From Laetmonice hystrix (taxonomy: Eukaryota): DNA of 64,000 bases. A program made the translations under genes and the position numbers. The notes below the pieces were generated by a model. That model was not told the DNA's origin. It did no database searches and saw only the letters and a list, made by a program, of their open reading frames with translations. Positions 1 to 13,899 of this stretch are shown here, one piece after another (position 1 is the stretch's first letter; each line of letters opens with the position of its first letter). Location: the NCBI GenBank assembly GCA_965235115.1, contig OZ249436.1:54562001-54626000 (forward strand). Reading direction: 5' to 3'.

Positions 1-451
1 GTAGACGCTAGTAGAGAAGGATGGTCTCCTCCGGAGTGGCGGCTTGCCTTCAGATAGACGCGGTCTGTCCTGTCTCGACATCACCCCTCCGGCGTCCAGT
101 GGTTCGTCATTACAAGGTCCACGACACCCGTACCTTACACCAATAAACCCACCCCGGCTCTCGACGAGCTGACACTGCGTCTTTCTGCCACCATTTCAAC
201 ACCGCTCCCGCCACCATCCTGGCAGCAGCTGCCACATATTTCTATGGTAACAAACCAATCTGATCCAATTTGAACCAGCAGCACGGCAGATGGTACAACC
301 AAGCGGCATCTGCAGCCAAATAGAATCTGTCGGCGATGATATATCTTGGACCAACTCTTCCTATGACAGCCTGATGAAGCAGCCCGTGTGCCCAGAATCT
401 GGCTAATCTACTTCAGAACAAGGCTGAGACATGGAATGCAAAACCTCCAGC

Positions 452-1370
452 ACCCTGATACAAGCCTGACACACTGACTGCCAGAAAATCGTCCCCAGTA
501 CCCTGGTACACGCCTGACACACTGACTGCCAGAAAATCGTCCCCAGTACCCTGGTACACGCCTGACACAAGGACGGCCAGAATTCGTCCCCAGTACCCTG
601 GTACACGTACGCCTGACACACGGACTGCCAGAACATCGCCCCCAGTACCCTGGTACACGCCTGACACAAGGACTGCCAGAACATCGTCCTCAGTACCCTG
701 GTACACGCCTGACACACGGACTGCCAGAACATCGCCCCCAGTACCCTGGTACACGCCTGACACACGGACTGCCAGAACATCGCCCCCAGTACCCTGGTAC
801 ACGCCTGACACACGGACTGCCAGAACATCGCCCCCAGTACCCTGGTACACGCCTGACACACGGACTGCCAGAACATCGCCCCAGTACCCTGGTACACGCC
901 TGACACACGGACTGCCAGAACATCGTCCTCAGTACCCTGGTACACGCCTGACACACGGACTGCCGGAACATCGCCCCCAGTACCCTGGTACACGCCTGAC
1001 ACACGGACGGCCAGAACATCGTCCCCAGTACCCTACCGTACACGCCTGACACAAGGACGGCCAGAACATCGTCCCCAGTACCCTGGTACACGCCTGACAC
1101 ACGGACTGCCAGAACATCGTCCCCAGTACCCTGGTACACGCCTGACACACGGACTGCCAGAACATCGCCCCCAGTACCCTGGTACACGCCTGACACACGG
1201 ACTGCCAGAACATCGTCCCCAGTACCCTGGTACACGCCTGACACCAGGACGGCCAGAATTTGTCTCCCGCGCCCTGACACAAGCCCGAGACACGGACTGC
1301 CAGACCTCGTCCCCAAACTGGACACACGGAATTCCGGAAGTTGTCCCTCGTAGCCTGGTACACGCCTGGA
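452..1370. repeat. 48-bp minisatellite, ~18-19 units
   Basis: Unit CCCTGGTACACGCCTGACACACGGACTGCCAGAACATCGCCCCCAGTA. It explains the 16-aa periodic ORFs in several frames. Units decay toward ~1250-1370. Confidence 0.95.
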
Positions 1371-3169
1371 GTGCGGACCCCGCGAAGCATAATGGCACAA
1401 ATCTCTAAAACGGCAGAAAAAATAAATAACTTAACCTCGGGTCCTCCATGGGGGTGGCTTCTTATGACCACCATCATATTTTGTCTCCAGAAATCCAAAG
1501 CAGCGTCGCAAATGGGGGATAATGGTTCGAGGGTATTAGAGTCAGAGGCAGTGCCGCAGTATTGTGGACAACGGCAACTCCGGACACATGTAATCGGACT
1601 CCAGCAGACCCGGCCTTGTCCAGGCTCTGTAGCGGACTCCATGCATGTCTGAGACCCCCCAAGGCGTTGTCATTTCTCATCACTGTCCATGCAGCCACTT
1701 CAAAGTCCCGAGTCTGGAATCCAATCTCTGGTGACGCCATTGACCATAAGTGGGCGGTAGTATGTACAATAATCCCGTCGGTCAAATGTAGAGCTCACCA
1801 AAAGGTTTCCAACCATGACATATAACATTGCCTTCTTTTGATGTAAAGTCTTTTCCTCATCATACAAATATTGCTACATTTGCCAACAATATATCTGGCT
1901 CGTCTAATAGGACTAAGCACATCTGATTTATTAATGTGATTTAGCGATTTCCCCCCTGAATCTTGGAAATATGTGACACATTCGTTAACCCTCCCCAAAC
2001 GACAATAGTTTGCCTTTTGTGAGGTGGTGGTGGCTGTAGTAGAGGGGCTTGTTAAGTAACTTCCCCTGTTCCTTTAATAAAATCATTACAATGTCCCCTT
2101 CGTCACACGCCCATCAGACATCTTCATCCCGGACTCATCTCAGCTGTACGGTGAAGTCCGTACAGTCTACTTGCCTATGAAGTACTACACTGTTTGTTCA
2201 CAGCCAGGCCCAGAGGACATGGCACTGATAACAGTGACCCAGCCTCAACTCTCGGCGCAGTCTCGTGAGAAAGGTCAATGGCGAGATTCAGGGCTGGGTC
2301 ACGGGGTGGCGCTGTGCCACTGTCGACTCGGGATTGTTCGGAGTCGGTACTTTCACTTTACCTTATTAACCTTGCGGCTCCTGAAAAACTGGCAAACAAC
2401 ATTCCAAACACAGCGGCTTCCATTAGTATGGAGCCTGTACTGCATCCACGTTTACAGGGTCAACTTGTCTGCGTGGCCAGATTACTTTTAATACTCAGGA
2501 GTATGCTCTTTACCAAATACATTAACTTCAGTTTAGTAGAAATAAGTGAACATACAAAAATGTAATATATTTAAGCCTTTTTGGTACTATATTAAACGTT
2601 GAAGATTGAATGACATTAGAATTTCTATGCACGATTTCTTCTAAACAAACTAGCGAGGCTGTTGCAATTCTGCATGTGATAGCACGATGTTCTTTTAGCT
2701 TAGCAAATTCTCTGCAATCCCAATCCTTGGTGAAAAGATGTAAAGAGGAAATGTTCAACTATTGCAGCGCAATAGTTGACATTGTAGCCTAATATGACCC
2801 CTCGAGAGCATGTGAACATTTTGCCAATATGGCAGCAGCCATTTTGACTGATGATGTTCAGGCGCGGATCCGGCAGGTTGGCGCTAAAGGGGGGGGGGGG
2901 GGTCAGTGCTGCCGGAACAGGGGGCCACGGGGACCATGGCTTCCACACTTTCACACTTGGGGGGGGGGGGGCATAGTATGCGCCCCCCCCCCCCCCCCAC
3001 ACACACACATATTTCCAAGATTTTTAGGTTTGTAGTGAGCTGCTAGCATACTGGCTATAATCGGCCCCTACAATCATCTCGTTAAAACCGACACGTTTTT
3101 CAAGCATTACTACCCCCGCCTCCCGACCCGCCCATACGTACGGCCCTGCTATGATCAACCGATAAGTCA

Positions 3170-3410
3170 TACCGGTATAATGGCGAAACCGGAGCGTTCA
3201 CTAATGTCGTTTGTTTGGACCAATTTCCTTACCTTTCCCGCTGCAATTTCCCTGCACCATCCTGATGGATTTACCGTGTGAATACTGCCTGCCACGTAAG
3301 AACAAAGCTGTCGACGCTCCCACGGAATGCGCCCTGACTCCGGCCCACTCCTCACTCCATGAAATAGAAGCGACCAAACTGTCCAGATGGATATCTACCT
3401 ATACTTAGGT
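3170..3410 (-). pseudogene. Possible decayed KolX (P2X7 C-terminal-like) fragment of a Kolobok transposon
   Basis: Minus-strand RY...HG...RRQLCSYVAGSIHTVNPSG loosely resembles the recalled KolX motif RYxAYR..HG..R..LPSCVV..IR..FP. It needs a frame change, so support is weak. Confidence 0.2.
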
Positions 3411-4038
3411 CGTCCACAAAGAGCTCGGTAAAAACGACAAATATTTGCAGTTTTCTTTCAGATTCCCGTATCTGTTGTATCATGCCTCCTCCCGGTGTTT
3501 TCACATTGTCAGGTTTGGCTGCTCTTTAAGATCCTCTTTGTAAATAGTCAGAGATAGGGCAGCCATAGTCTTCTTTTTCACTGTTTAGTATAACAACCTA
3601 AAAATTGAAATATAATGGCCTCTTACTCATGTTGCTTTAAGAATGCGATGGCCTCTTCCTCATGTTGCTTTGAGAATGCGATGCCCCGAAGAACCGCTTT
3701 CTTTCTTTTAAAGGAGACCCGTCACCCTAGCGTCGTCCACCCCCCCCCCCCCACCCCCAATACTAATATCCAGGGAGTTCATGCTTACCTTGACTCAGAT
3801 TCATGTCATTTCAGTCATATAGGCCTACATTCTACATTGGTGATAACATAGGAGTAGACCTACTGTATTAATAAATACCGTAATAATAAATATGCGATAA
3901 CATCCTCATATTCTCATATGAGAAAAATGCCGACCGATCGGCCATCGCACTCGTTTCTGAACAAGGTTAGATACGATGGAATGTAATATTAAGGCATGTC
4001 AACACGGGACGCCGACCGCAACTACGCGGACTTATTAA

Positions 4039-4561
4039 AGGGGCATGCTATGGAACACGTTTTGGAGGATTTTCTGCAATTATCCAACATGACCGTGTAC
4101 TAGGGATCCAAGTAAATAATCCTACCACCGCATTTTGTCCTCCGACGTGTTTTAGCTGCGTATGCAGCACAATTAGGTTCTATAACGTATAGATTTCTCC
4201 CGATAGCACATCTCCCGCCATAATTTGGCATAGACAACATCCCATCAACGCGTGTAATCGCGTACTGCATCACATCCTGCGTGTGCACTCTCAGCATGTA
4301 CTTAGTCACGTGCTTCGCTTAGTTGTAAACAATTCAGCAGTTGCACTCGATCGTCCGGCATCAGAATGCCACCCAAAAAAATATTTTACGAAATCGGCAG
4401 AGAAGCGCGCAAGGGAGCTTCATAAACTTCGATCTCTCACGCAAAATGAAACTGATAAGTCTGTCTTTGTTTACCAAGCAATTTTAATGAAGGATCTCTT
4501 TATGAAAACAGCAAAAGTTCTTTGAAATACCGATTTTTCACGTTTCCTCATATATGCCCCT
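4039..4561. mobile_element. Kolobok-type non-autonomous element (old)
   Basis: TTAA|AGGGGCAT...ATGCCCCT|TTCA: RR..YY termini, imperfect TIR, TSD with one mismatch. Confidence 0.6.
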
Positions 4562-5431
4562 TTCATGTTTGGGAGGTCCAAAAAAAAACTTCAGATTTCC
4601 GATATGTTGTATCTATATTGCAACAAGACTGTTTTTGAGCAATGTAGTTGAATTCTAAAGTTCAGGTAAACTTTCATATATGGTGTGGCCAGTGGCGCGC
4701 GTGCTTTTATTGTTTATTATTTAATATTTAACAAAAAATACTTGTCGATATCGACGCGGTAAGGTGCCGGAGAGACAGAAAAATATTCAGGTCATCCTTT
4801 CAATTCGTTGTACATGTAATTGGTAACCTTTTATAACCTTGTGTTATTACCTAATTGGTCCAAAGAAACTGACCAATGGCTGGATCTGATACAGCAAAGT
4901 CGCACATTTTAATCAGCAGGACATGTGTTGTGATCGGGTGGTCAGGCGACACAGGGTTCCAGACATACTGGCGGCAATTTGGGCCTAAGACAATAGGGAC
5001 CCGGCCGTGGTTAATACAACACGAGGCCCACGCCGGAAATCATTACAATGGGTGTGAAAGCTGGTTGCTAAGCTGGAGCGCTGTCTGGTGAACACTTGGC
5101 TGACCGCCATCGGCTTCCGGTGGCCCTTTCCGGCGGCGTCTCTGGAGCGTATTGGCCACGCTCCGAACAGAGATCGTTCCCTTCGTTCAATCGCTGCCAC
5201 ACATTGGGTACCATGCATTCTCACACTCGAGTCCTTTTGGCAATCTTCGGCAATCTTCGTTCGTGCGGGGAAAGCACTCTCACAGATTACATATCACTCA
5301 CGGCCCGATTAGGAGCATCCGCGCCACCTCACTCGTCACACTCGTTAGATTACTACACCGTGGATACAAAGTAGTGCGTGCCCGTCGGCAAGATGACTGA
5401 TGTTGTTGAACAGGTCTTGAATTAAACTTAC

Positions 5432-5501
5432 GCTGGTTGAGCGTCTTGAGCTTAACCGCCGCCGGTTTGACTGGTGTCACGCGGGAAGCCATGTCTTCCA
5501 T
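5432..5501 (-). CDS. Probable first coding exon of a minus-strand gene (MEDMASRVTPVKPAAVKLKTLNQ, phase-1 donor)
   Basis: ATG at 5501, 23 codons plus 1 nt, then a consensus GTAAGT donor at 5431. It lies in a CpG-rich region with promoter motifs upstream. No downstream exon was identified. Confidence 0.5.
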
Positions 5502-5599
5502 GTGCTACGAAAGTAGTTCGCCCCGGTGTCCTCGTTACCCCCTGCAGCTTGCCCAGAGTCCCGTGCAGGATCTGTGAGCGTTCATTTCAGCAAATGGGC

Positions 5600-6260
5600 G
5601 CGAATGTGAGCGTGATTGGGTACTGCCGTTTGAGTGACCCCTGACCTGACCTAGAAATCCCCGACCGGAACAACCAAACATTGCGGAGCTCGAATCGTGG
5701 CTGCTCGATTTGGCTGAGGGACTCACTGTTGTTTATTTTCAAGGCGCAGACTCTCAGAATATGATGCCACACAAACATCGAAATCTTCGGAGAAATCATT
5801 TGCAGCCGCTATGTTGGAACGGAAGTACCTAGTCGGAAATACCCTAAGTATTTCGAATCATCCCGAAATTGGCCAACCGACTTGCGACTAGCTGATTTCC
5901 TTCTGCAAATGCAGTTCCTAATATTTCATCAGGTATTTCTCTTTTACGGCGAATGTCACTTGGTACTCTCGGTTTTAGGATTTAGAGGTGCGTTAAATTT
6001 TACAGATACCATACAGGCCGGCCGACTTTGCAAAACGGGGTTAAACGCGTAGGGGCCCGATTTTGCCCGTAAAAAGTCATGTGTGGCAGAGGGGCATGTG
6101 AACAAGGCCCTCTGCATTATGGGAGATTTGCGTCTTGACGCCAGGATGACGCCGCAACAGAGAAAACGCTACGACTCACGTAAACAAGAAATCTCAACGT
6201 TCTGACGCGGAACCAAGCTCGATGTGGAGAAACGTAAACTCTATTCCTACAGATCGATCA
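5600..6260 (-). promoter_or_regulatory. CpG-rich putative promoter/5' UTR of the 5501 gene
   Basis: Locally CpG-dense, with an ETS-type CGGAAGT at ~5820 and ATTGG/CCAAT-like boxes. Confidence 0.35.
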
Positions 6261-7654
6261 GGGGATTCAGTTTTTTTAAAGTTTCCAGGACATTTCTTCA
6301 GCAGGACATCTAAATAAACGGCTCCTGACTTTTGCAAAATAATGCAAAAAATGCTCAGATTCTATCGTTGATGCGAGGCACGTTATTTTGCACCTTGAAA
6401 TAAAATCTTTCATGAATTTGTTTCATCTCGGTATTAATAACCGGTAACCATGGGCTGTCATTCGCTGGAGTGTCCTCACTGGGGCCCAAGTTTGAGGTCC
6501 TTGCCCCCACCCCACTCCCACCCCACCGTCTCCTGCCCAGAGTCACTGGTAGAGCTCAGTGATTTACAGCGAGTCACCCAATGAGCCCTCCAGCCGCGCC
6601 TCACGTCCACCGGTGTCCAATAATGCCTCTACTGACCACCACTATGTCCCCAGGAACTGTTTTCTAACTCCATTCGTGAGCCTCTCTCACTAGTCTGGAG
6701 ATAAACAGTGAGGCGTTAGTTCTGCCTAACGATGTGTACACTACAAACCTTCTCAATCACCGAACTATGTACATACAACGAATTTCCAGAACGTCAGTCT
6801 GGATGTAGGCCTACTTTAAGTCTCGGAGACCACCTCTCTATATAGACTGGCTAAATGTAAATTCCAAACCTCTTCCCCTCCTTTCATCCAATGTTCGGAA
6901 AGCCAGGGACCTTAATGTGGAGCGTGGAAACAAATATATTTCATACTCTATTGTCCCGGGGGTATTCTTTCAGTTGCCCTTCAACTTTGCCGAGAAAGTC
7001 AACTTTGTTTTATTGAAACTGAGGGAATGAGGAATCTGTTCGCGTAGTTCGTCTGATCTTGAATCGATCTCCAGCCGACCCCCGGGAACGGACTGTCGAC
7101 ATGACAGCACGGGCGTCTGCAACCATTTCCTGTTACCACTGGCTGCGAGCAGTGTTTTCATTGCCTGACTACTTTAGTCCACACGGCAGGAGCCCTCAGA
7201 GGATTCCACACAAACAGTACTTGGTGGGGTGGGGGTGGGACAGGGCCGGGGGAGGGGAGGGGCACATTGACTCGAAATGATGGTCATATTCAGCCCTCAA
7301 ACATTAACATGATTCAGCCCTCAATTTTGTACTTTCAGACAATCGCACAGTGTCAGCCTCAATCTGTCTCATTCAAACCTCAATCAACCCCCCCCCCCCC
7401 TACACATTTGGACCCCAATCCCTCAGTCCTTCACATGCAGCCCGTCCGCCTTCAATCTGTTATATACTCAGACCTTACTGATTTAAATTCACACTTCAAT
7501 CGTCACCCAGAGCTACACTCTCTTTGGTCAAAAGTAATGTTGTGACCGCCCGTCAACACTATAGCCAGTGTCTATAGAGTGCTGCCCTGAACGGCTGACT
7601 ATCGCCCAGCCGGACTGGTGCGTATGGACCCTTAATCAGGTCTGTGAAGTTAGT

Positions 7655-8230
7655 TACTTATTCCTTATTCCTTATTCGCCCCAGGTCATGGAATACCGAT
7701 TTTAAGGTGCTGGGGCGGGTTGCACTAACGGTCCTACGGGTTAGGACTGAATTTAGGACCAGTCCTACTGAGTGTCATGCCCCCAAGCACTTCATATCTA
7801 TCTGAGTTTCAATAGCCCTTGAGATATAAAAGTTAACGAATTACATTTAAATTATGGATATTGGTCTCTGTTGAATGTAGGACTGGTCCTAAATTTAGTC
7901 CTAACCCGTAGGACCGTTAGTGCAACCCGCCCCAGGTGCCTGGAGTTCAGTCACACCATGACCTTGATCTTGGCCTTTCAAGGTCATCGTGAAAAATGAC
8001 CCTGAAAACACGAAGCTGGTCCAGATGGCACTTAGACCTCATGGATCACCGATTTTAAGGTGCAGGTGCCTGGCGCCCACTCAAAGGAGTACAGTCACAC
8101 CATGACCTTGACCTTGGCCCTTCAAGGTCATCGTGAAAAATGACCCTGAAAACAGGAAGCTGGTCCAGATGGCACCTAGACCTCATGGATAATCGATTTT
8201 AATCGATCGATTTTAAGGATAATCGATCAA
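7655..8230. repeat. Repeat with ~140-bp internal units rich in TGACCTTGA/TCAAGGTCA, preceded by (CTTATTC)n; possibly Helentron-associated
   Basis: Two near-identical units at ~7940-8070 and ~8090-8200 plus a partial third. Family assignment is inference. Confidence 0.5.
7713..7932. mobile_element. PIF/Harbinger-type MITE, 220 bp, CWG target
   Basis: ~56-bp near-perfect TIR GGGCGGGTTGCACTAACGGTCCTACGGGTTAGGACT..., flanked by CTG/CAG. The empty site GGTGCAGGTGCC is visible in the neighbouring repeat unit at ~8060. Confidence 0.9.
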
Positions 8231-10693
8231 GGAATGGTACCAATTTTATCTTCAAGGCACAGCGGTTGACATATTTTGGTAAACTAGGTATTAAAGTATA
8301 GATACACTAAATATATGTCATTGCGACAGCATATCCTGTATCTGGAGAAATAAACAGTTTAACCGGAATTTCTCCACATTTCGATGTCCGTTAAAGGGAA
8401 ATCACCTTGGTGAAATATGGACGACCTTTGGGGGAGTACTCTTGATGTTAAAGAAGGTAAATGTAACTAGATTCAACAGACTGTATATACGTGTATTAGG
8501 AATGACCTTTTCAACATTGACATGACTCTTTCCGACAAAATAATTCTCTAACTTGCAGATCATAAGTCAAAGACAGATTAATGTTATCAAATTTCGTGCC
8601 ACAACTATATTTCTGTTGCACTGTTATGATTATATGCTCACTACATGGCTCAGTCACTTCCATTTAAAATCACGAGCCTCTAATCCTCTATCGCATTAAT
8701 TTCCCGTCTAGCTTGTAGCACTTGTGCATTTAATCCATTATCTCACCGGTCTGATTTTACTCTTAATCTCAGCCGGTCTTCTTTTAAGATCATGAAGATA
8801 CAGCAAGAGCTGTTCTTGACTGTGGTAATTACAGAAGATAATTAATGCGAGAAGCAAGAGGAGTCATCAAGATTTTTGTTAAAGTCTTGATCACACAGAT
8901 GGATAGATAACTGAAGCTGTCGCTTACATAATCCAGGGCTCAGTTCCTAAGAACTTAAGATCTTGCTTAAGCTGAAGCTTAACGCTTCCAAGTGGTTGGT
9001 CTAGAATAAGAATTGCACCTTCCAAGTATTTTGGGTCAGCAGGGCATGCAGAAGGGATTGCATAAAGAGATAAAGTCGGAAGTGAAAAGTTTGGCAGCTA
9101 TACTCCTGTATGCGTCACACGTAATTATGGACTTATACATTTTGTCCGTGGCCTGCTTCAAATGAAAGCACTTGTCGAGGGTTACTTGTCCAACAAATGT
9201 CAAAATATCATGATTGTCTGTACAGTAAATCCTTGTCTAATTTTCTGCGGATTTTTAAAGCTATCTCTTAATTTATTACAACCGAATCGGAAACAAGAGA
9301 CTATAAAACCGCCGAAGGAATGAATCATAGAATAAACTCTTCGGAGGGTGACTGAATAATTACACTAGCTCACGATTGTAATGAAGAGTCGATTTTCAAT
9401 GTTGCTGTGATTAGTGGACGGAACACAATGAGGCGCTTTCCGTCCGTACTTAAACCCGGCTCGTTACTAAACGTTCGCCATTCATCAGTTGACTAAACGC
9501 AGCCAGCTAAACACGACACGGTAAGACCGGTTGTTAATTAACATTTACAGAGGCACCAATGGAATAATCACAACCCCACAGACATGTTTCGCTTGGTTCC
9601 AAATCTGTCTCGAAATCTCGCGCCCACCTCAATTTCCAACACAAATCCCAGCAAGTATCGGTGAGGTGGTCACTAGCCACTCGCTCGAACTAGAAAACCT
9701 CGTCGGACGGGCCAGTAGCCAGGCTGTCGGTTTGTCAAAGAATAAAAATCAGGGGTCTGGACTAAAGACGCTTGGCAGAATTCCGGGTCGAAGCCGGGTC
9801 ACAACGGCTAACGGCGATAGACTGATAGGTTGTTCGGAGTCGCGTCGCCGTAATGTATAACTTCCACATTACCCTTACCCCCGAACAGACGGCGAGTCGT
9901 GTCGTGTCGGCTCGAGTTGTGTCAGCCTGACCACAAAGGCACCAAAGGACTCAAGGATATGGAATCAGCAAAGGTCTCCGGAGCTTTTTCGTCCATTTCC
10001 TTCACATAGCTACTGTTACATTAACAATTTTGTAATGCATAGCAACAGGCGACACGGAGTGGACATTGCATCTCGGAGGGAAGGCTTACCTGCTTAATGC
10101 CCTAAAATATCTTTGTGGCACAGCCTTATTTCGGGCATAAAGCACGACAGTTTGAGAGATGAATGCAATAACTACGTTAGCACACTGCCGGAAATCGAAT
10201 GCCATTAGCTAACGCTGGCACGTGACGTGATTTTCGCTAGACCGCTGTCATACTAGTTTGATGTTTACAAGGGCCGGGCCTGTGGGCAAGGCCTAAACAC
10301 TTTGTAAGTCTGTCATAGATAACTATATACTGAGCACTGTGCCGCTAAACTTGCCGTGAGGTGAAGCAAGATAGAGTTCCAAGGTAGCTAATGAAGAACT
10401 GTAACTGTGCCGGCGTCTATCAATGCACACATAGCTTTTGACTTTCATCGATATCAAAGCTGTGTCGACGTTGTAGATAAAATGATTGAAAAACAAGGAA
10501 CGTTGCCTCGGAACCTGGCCCAGAAGCCAATGACGCCAGAGATGATTGTACAAATGTCTTTATTTGAACCATTCCATTCAGTGGTGATATCAAAGAAATC
10601 TTTGAAATCTTTATATGTAAATTTGTCGACGGCCCTGTTAACTTCGAATGGACGCCTTTAAAATTAGAATCGAGACCACAGAATTACCTGGAA

Positions 10694-12007
10694 CAGGGGC
10701 GCCGCTGCCTATTTCAAAGTGGGGGGGACAATCTTGGGTGTGTTTGACCTTTTCCCCCGGGATTTATGTACCATAAGAATTGCAAAATAACAGTGTATTC
10801 ACCCCCCCCCAAGGGGCGGATCCAGGATTTTCTTTGCAGGGGGGGGGGGGGGGGTCAGAAGGTGCCCGCGCCGAGAGGGGAAGGGGGTCCGACTTAAAAT
10901 GTTTGGGAATATAAAAGGCGATCGATGCTATTTCACGGCTTCTCAGCATCAAACTAAAGAGCTTTCGGTGCCGACCTTTTGCTCAAGATTAATGTATTAA
11001 TCAGTGAGGGATTCATCAGGGGGCTTGCCTCCCTTAGATGTTCCTTTTTTGTATGAAGATGTATCATACTATTAGTACCTACAATTACAATGAAATCATG
11101 CCGAGCGTAGCGAGGCTAAAATCTTTTTTAGATGGGCCCCACCTGGCCGTTGACATCACAAAAAACAGTATCAAGCAATATTTATCAGAAGCAAAAAAAG
11201 TTGACGATTAGGCCTAAAACACACTTTTACCAAATAAAATAGAGACCGTCCCCATCCTACTTGCCACTTTCTATTCTACCACACTAGGCCTCGTAAAAAA
11301 TTGGTAAACCTCACTCATTATTTGAATACATTCACGCATGAGGTCTTTTTCCTCAAAATCAAATAGGAAGGCCCAACATGGTCTATGGGCTAAACAAGAG
11401 ACGGTACAGGGACGGATCCAGCTTTTTCAAGTAGGAGTGCCGAAGGCACAAAGCCTTGCTAGGGCGTCCGGGGGCATGCCCCCGGAAAATTTTCAAATTC
11501 AAGGTGTACTTTGGTGAAATCTGATGCATTTTGGAGCACAAAGCTATTTAAAGACCAATGATGTCAAAAGTCTTATGTAGCCCTACAATGCCATGAACGG
11601 CAGGAGGGGCGCCATGAAATTTTAGGGGGGGTCCAGACCATATGTGACCCCCTCCTCTGGATCCGCCAGTGTGGTAGGACTAAGGTACACAGGGAAGCTG
11701 CAGGGGATCTAGGCCGCGGTTAGACACATATTAATTATAGAACAGCAAAGCATAGACCTATCTCCGAAACACATAGGCTTAGGCCTATATAGGCGAAGGC
11801 CAAGATTAAAAATGATGAAAATCTATCTTTAATTTGCCTCCCATGGGCAATTCACCTTAAAAAGCTAGGCATAGGGAGTATAAGAAGACTATTAGTCTAT
11901 TAGGCCTAGCTTCAACTTCAAGGAGCCTTTGACCTTTTTAGGTCGCCAGCAAAAGTGGGGGGGACATGTCCCCCCCCCCGTCCCCCCCCCCGGCAGCGAC
12001 GCCCCTG
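10694..12007. mobile_element. Non-autonomous CAG..CTG (hAT-like) element with 5-bp TSD and nested related elements
   Basis: TIR CAGGGGCGCCGCTGCC / GGCAGCGACGCCCCTG, with TGGAA directly on both sides. Internal GGGCGGATCCAG-type ends occur at ~10812, 11407 and 11671. Confidence 0.8.
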
Positions 12008-12133
12008 TGGAAATAACGCACGGTAACTAGACTTAACATTAGGCTCTTTTAAAAATTTATAATTATTAAACCACAGTGCATATTTTAGCGGCGCTAGCGT
12101 GTGCTAACGGGCTTTAGCAGATGCTGGCGCAGG

Positions 12134-12439
12134 TGTGAACGGAATGTAAGTCCGCCGGTATGGAGTCCGCTGGATTCCTTAGTATGGAGGTCCGCCGGAC
12201 CTGGATTCCTTAATATGGAGGTCCGCCGGACCTGGATTCCTTAGTTATGCAGGTCCTAGTCATCAACTTCGTGGTATAAGACAATATAATTAAGAAAATC
12301 CAAATGAATTAGGGTTTAGGTTTCGATTAGGGATAGAATTATGAAGAAATATTTAAATAATACAACATCACGGACTTCAATTCCTAGGAATCCAGGTCCG
12401 GCAGACTTGCATTTCAGGGGGACCTACATTCCTGTCACA
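12134..12439. mobile_element. Ginger-like non-autonomous element (TGT..ACA)
   Basis: TIR TGTGAACGGAATGTAAGTCC vs TGTGACAGGAATGTAGGTCC (17/20). Flanks are CAGG and CCTG, each one mismatch from CCGG. Internal ~29-bp subrepeats. Confidence 0.6.
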
Positions 12440-12519
12440 CCTGGTCCAAATCTTGTGACATTGTTTCCGGGTCGATGGTATTATGCCGTATATAGCCTCG
12501 GCAATGTATACTGCATTAT

Positions 12520-12660
12520 TATCAAGGCTTGCGGGCATGCCAACTTCTTCTGGCACACATCTCCGATCTTGGAACGTGCCGACTGTATAGAGAATAATCA
12601 CGACTACTGGCTCAGGCAGCACTGTGACTACACCTCGGTTATTCTCTATACCTCATGTAT
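12520..12660 (-). mobile_element. Decayed 3' end of a CR1/L2-like LINE ORF2
   Basis: Minus-strand NRGVVTVLPEPVVV..TVGTFQDR resembles the recalled CR1 tail NRVV..WN.LP..VV....FK.RLD. Confidence 0.35.
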
Positions 12661-13899
12661 ACCTCAATGTAAGGACACCCTGTATTGTCCGGTAAACAGT
12701 TAGTGCTTCATGAACAAAAAAAAATCTGCTTCTTGGACAGACACAATGACTGTTAATAAAACAAGCAAAACTGCTCCTTAAAAAAAGAGATCTAGGGCCG
12801 ATCTAAGGCCACCAGTTCTAACAACAATATTTTTCTCGCCTTTTTTATGTCTTTTATCAATCGTCAATCATGCATATAGCTGTATTTAATTCAAGAATTG
12901 GCTTTTGCCTGTTATTTCCCTCGGGAAGGAAAGATGCTCTCGAATTACCGGGAGAGTGCTCCCACACAGATAACGGCCGTGGCCATCTCATATCGGACAG
13001 CAGCAGCGAGTGACGGTGATTGGCCGAGACAACTGGAGCCCCCCCCCCCCTCCACCCACCCTCCTCCCCCTACAACTACCCCCAACTTCATTCCATCTTC
13101 CTTCCCGTCAGACTCACCCTTTTGATCACTCTGGACAGCGAGACACCATCTCATAATTCTAACTAAAGAGTTACATGAAGTATCCATCAACCAATCCAAA
13201 ACACAAACTTGTACTGTCTGTACTCCCAATCTTAGCCCATATGTTTACGAATATGTTTCCACTCATCTCTCGTCTGGCAATGGCCAAAAATGTGAAAAAG
13301 GGGGATTGTAAATTTTGGCGTGTAAGCAAACTCGAGTACATTTGGACCGAATTGTAAGGATCTATCTTTCTTTAACAATGCTAACATATATTTATGACCA
13401 TCATGAACTACGACTGAAATGCGAATTGTATTTCTGGGTTGGTTGAAGGTGTTCAGTAATGCATTTCTGAACAAAAAAAAACAGAATTTGCCCCCCCCCC
13501 CCACAATGCATTGCAGCTAATCCCCGCTCTGATTGGTCACTGGTGCACCATTCAAAAATTGGGTCACCTTATTCTTGTGGCCCGCTTTGCCACAGCAAGA
13601 AACATAGTTCTCTACATCTGGAAAGGTTAACCCTCCGCTAAATTTCACTGATCACAGCCGGTAAACAGAGATGTAAAGTCGTATGCCTTTGCCAGTAAAC
13701 ACGTACCCAACCATATAGATATGAATATGGCCCCAGTGGTCTTGACCCTGACCCTAGCTCTAATTTGACTGGGCGACTCCAGCTTGACACAATTCCCTCC
13801 TGCCACCTGGTGGTGGTCACAACCCATAAATAGAAATCCTCCCAGTCTCTCATGTTGCCGTAGTGAGATACGGCGCCTCAGTCTGCTTCATTTCCAGAT

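Noticed and set aside
403..1642. Overlapping 120-237 aa ORFs
   Set aside because: They are products of a 48-bp repeat, open in several frames and broken by indels; no recognisable protein.
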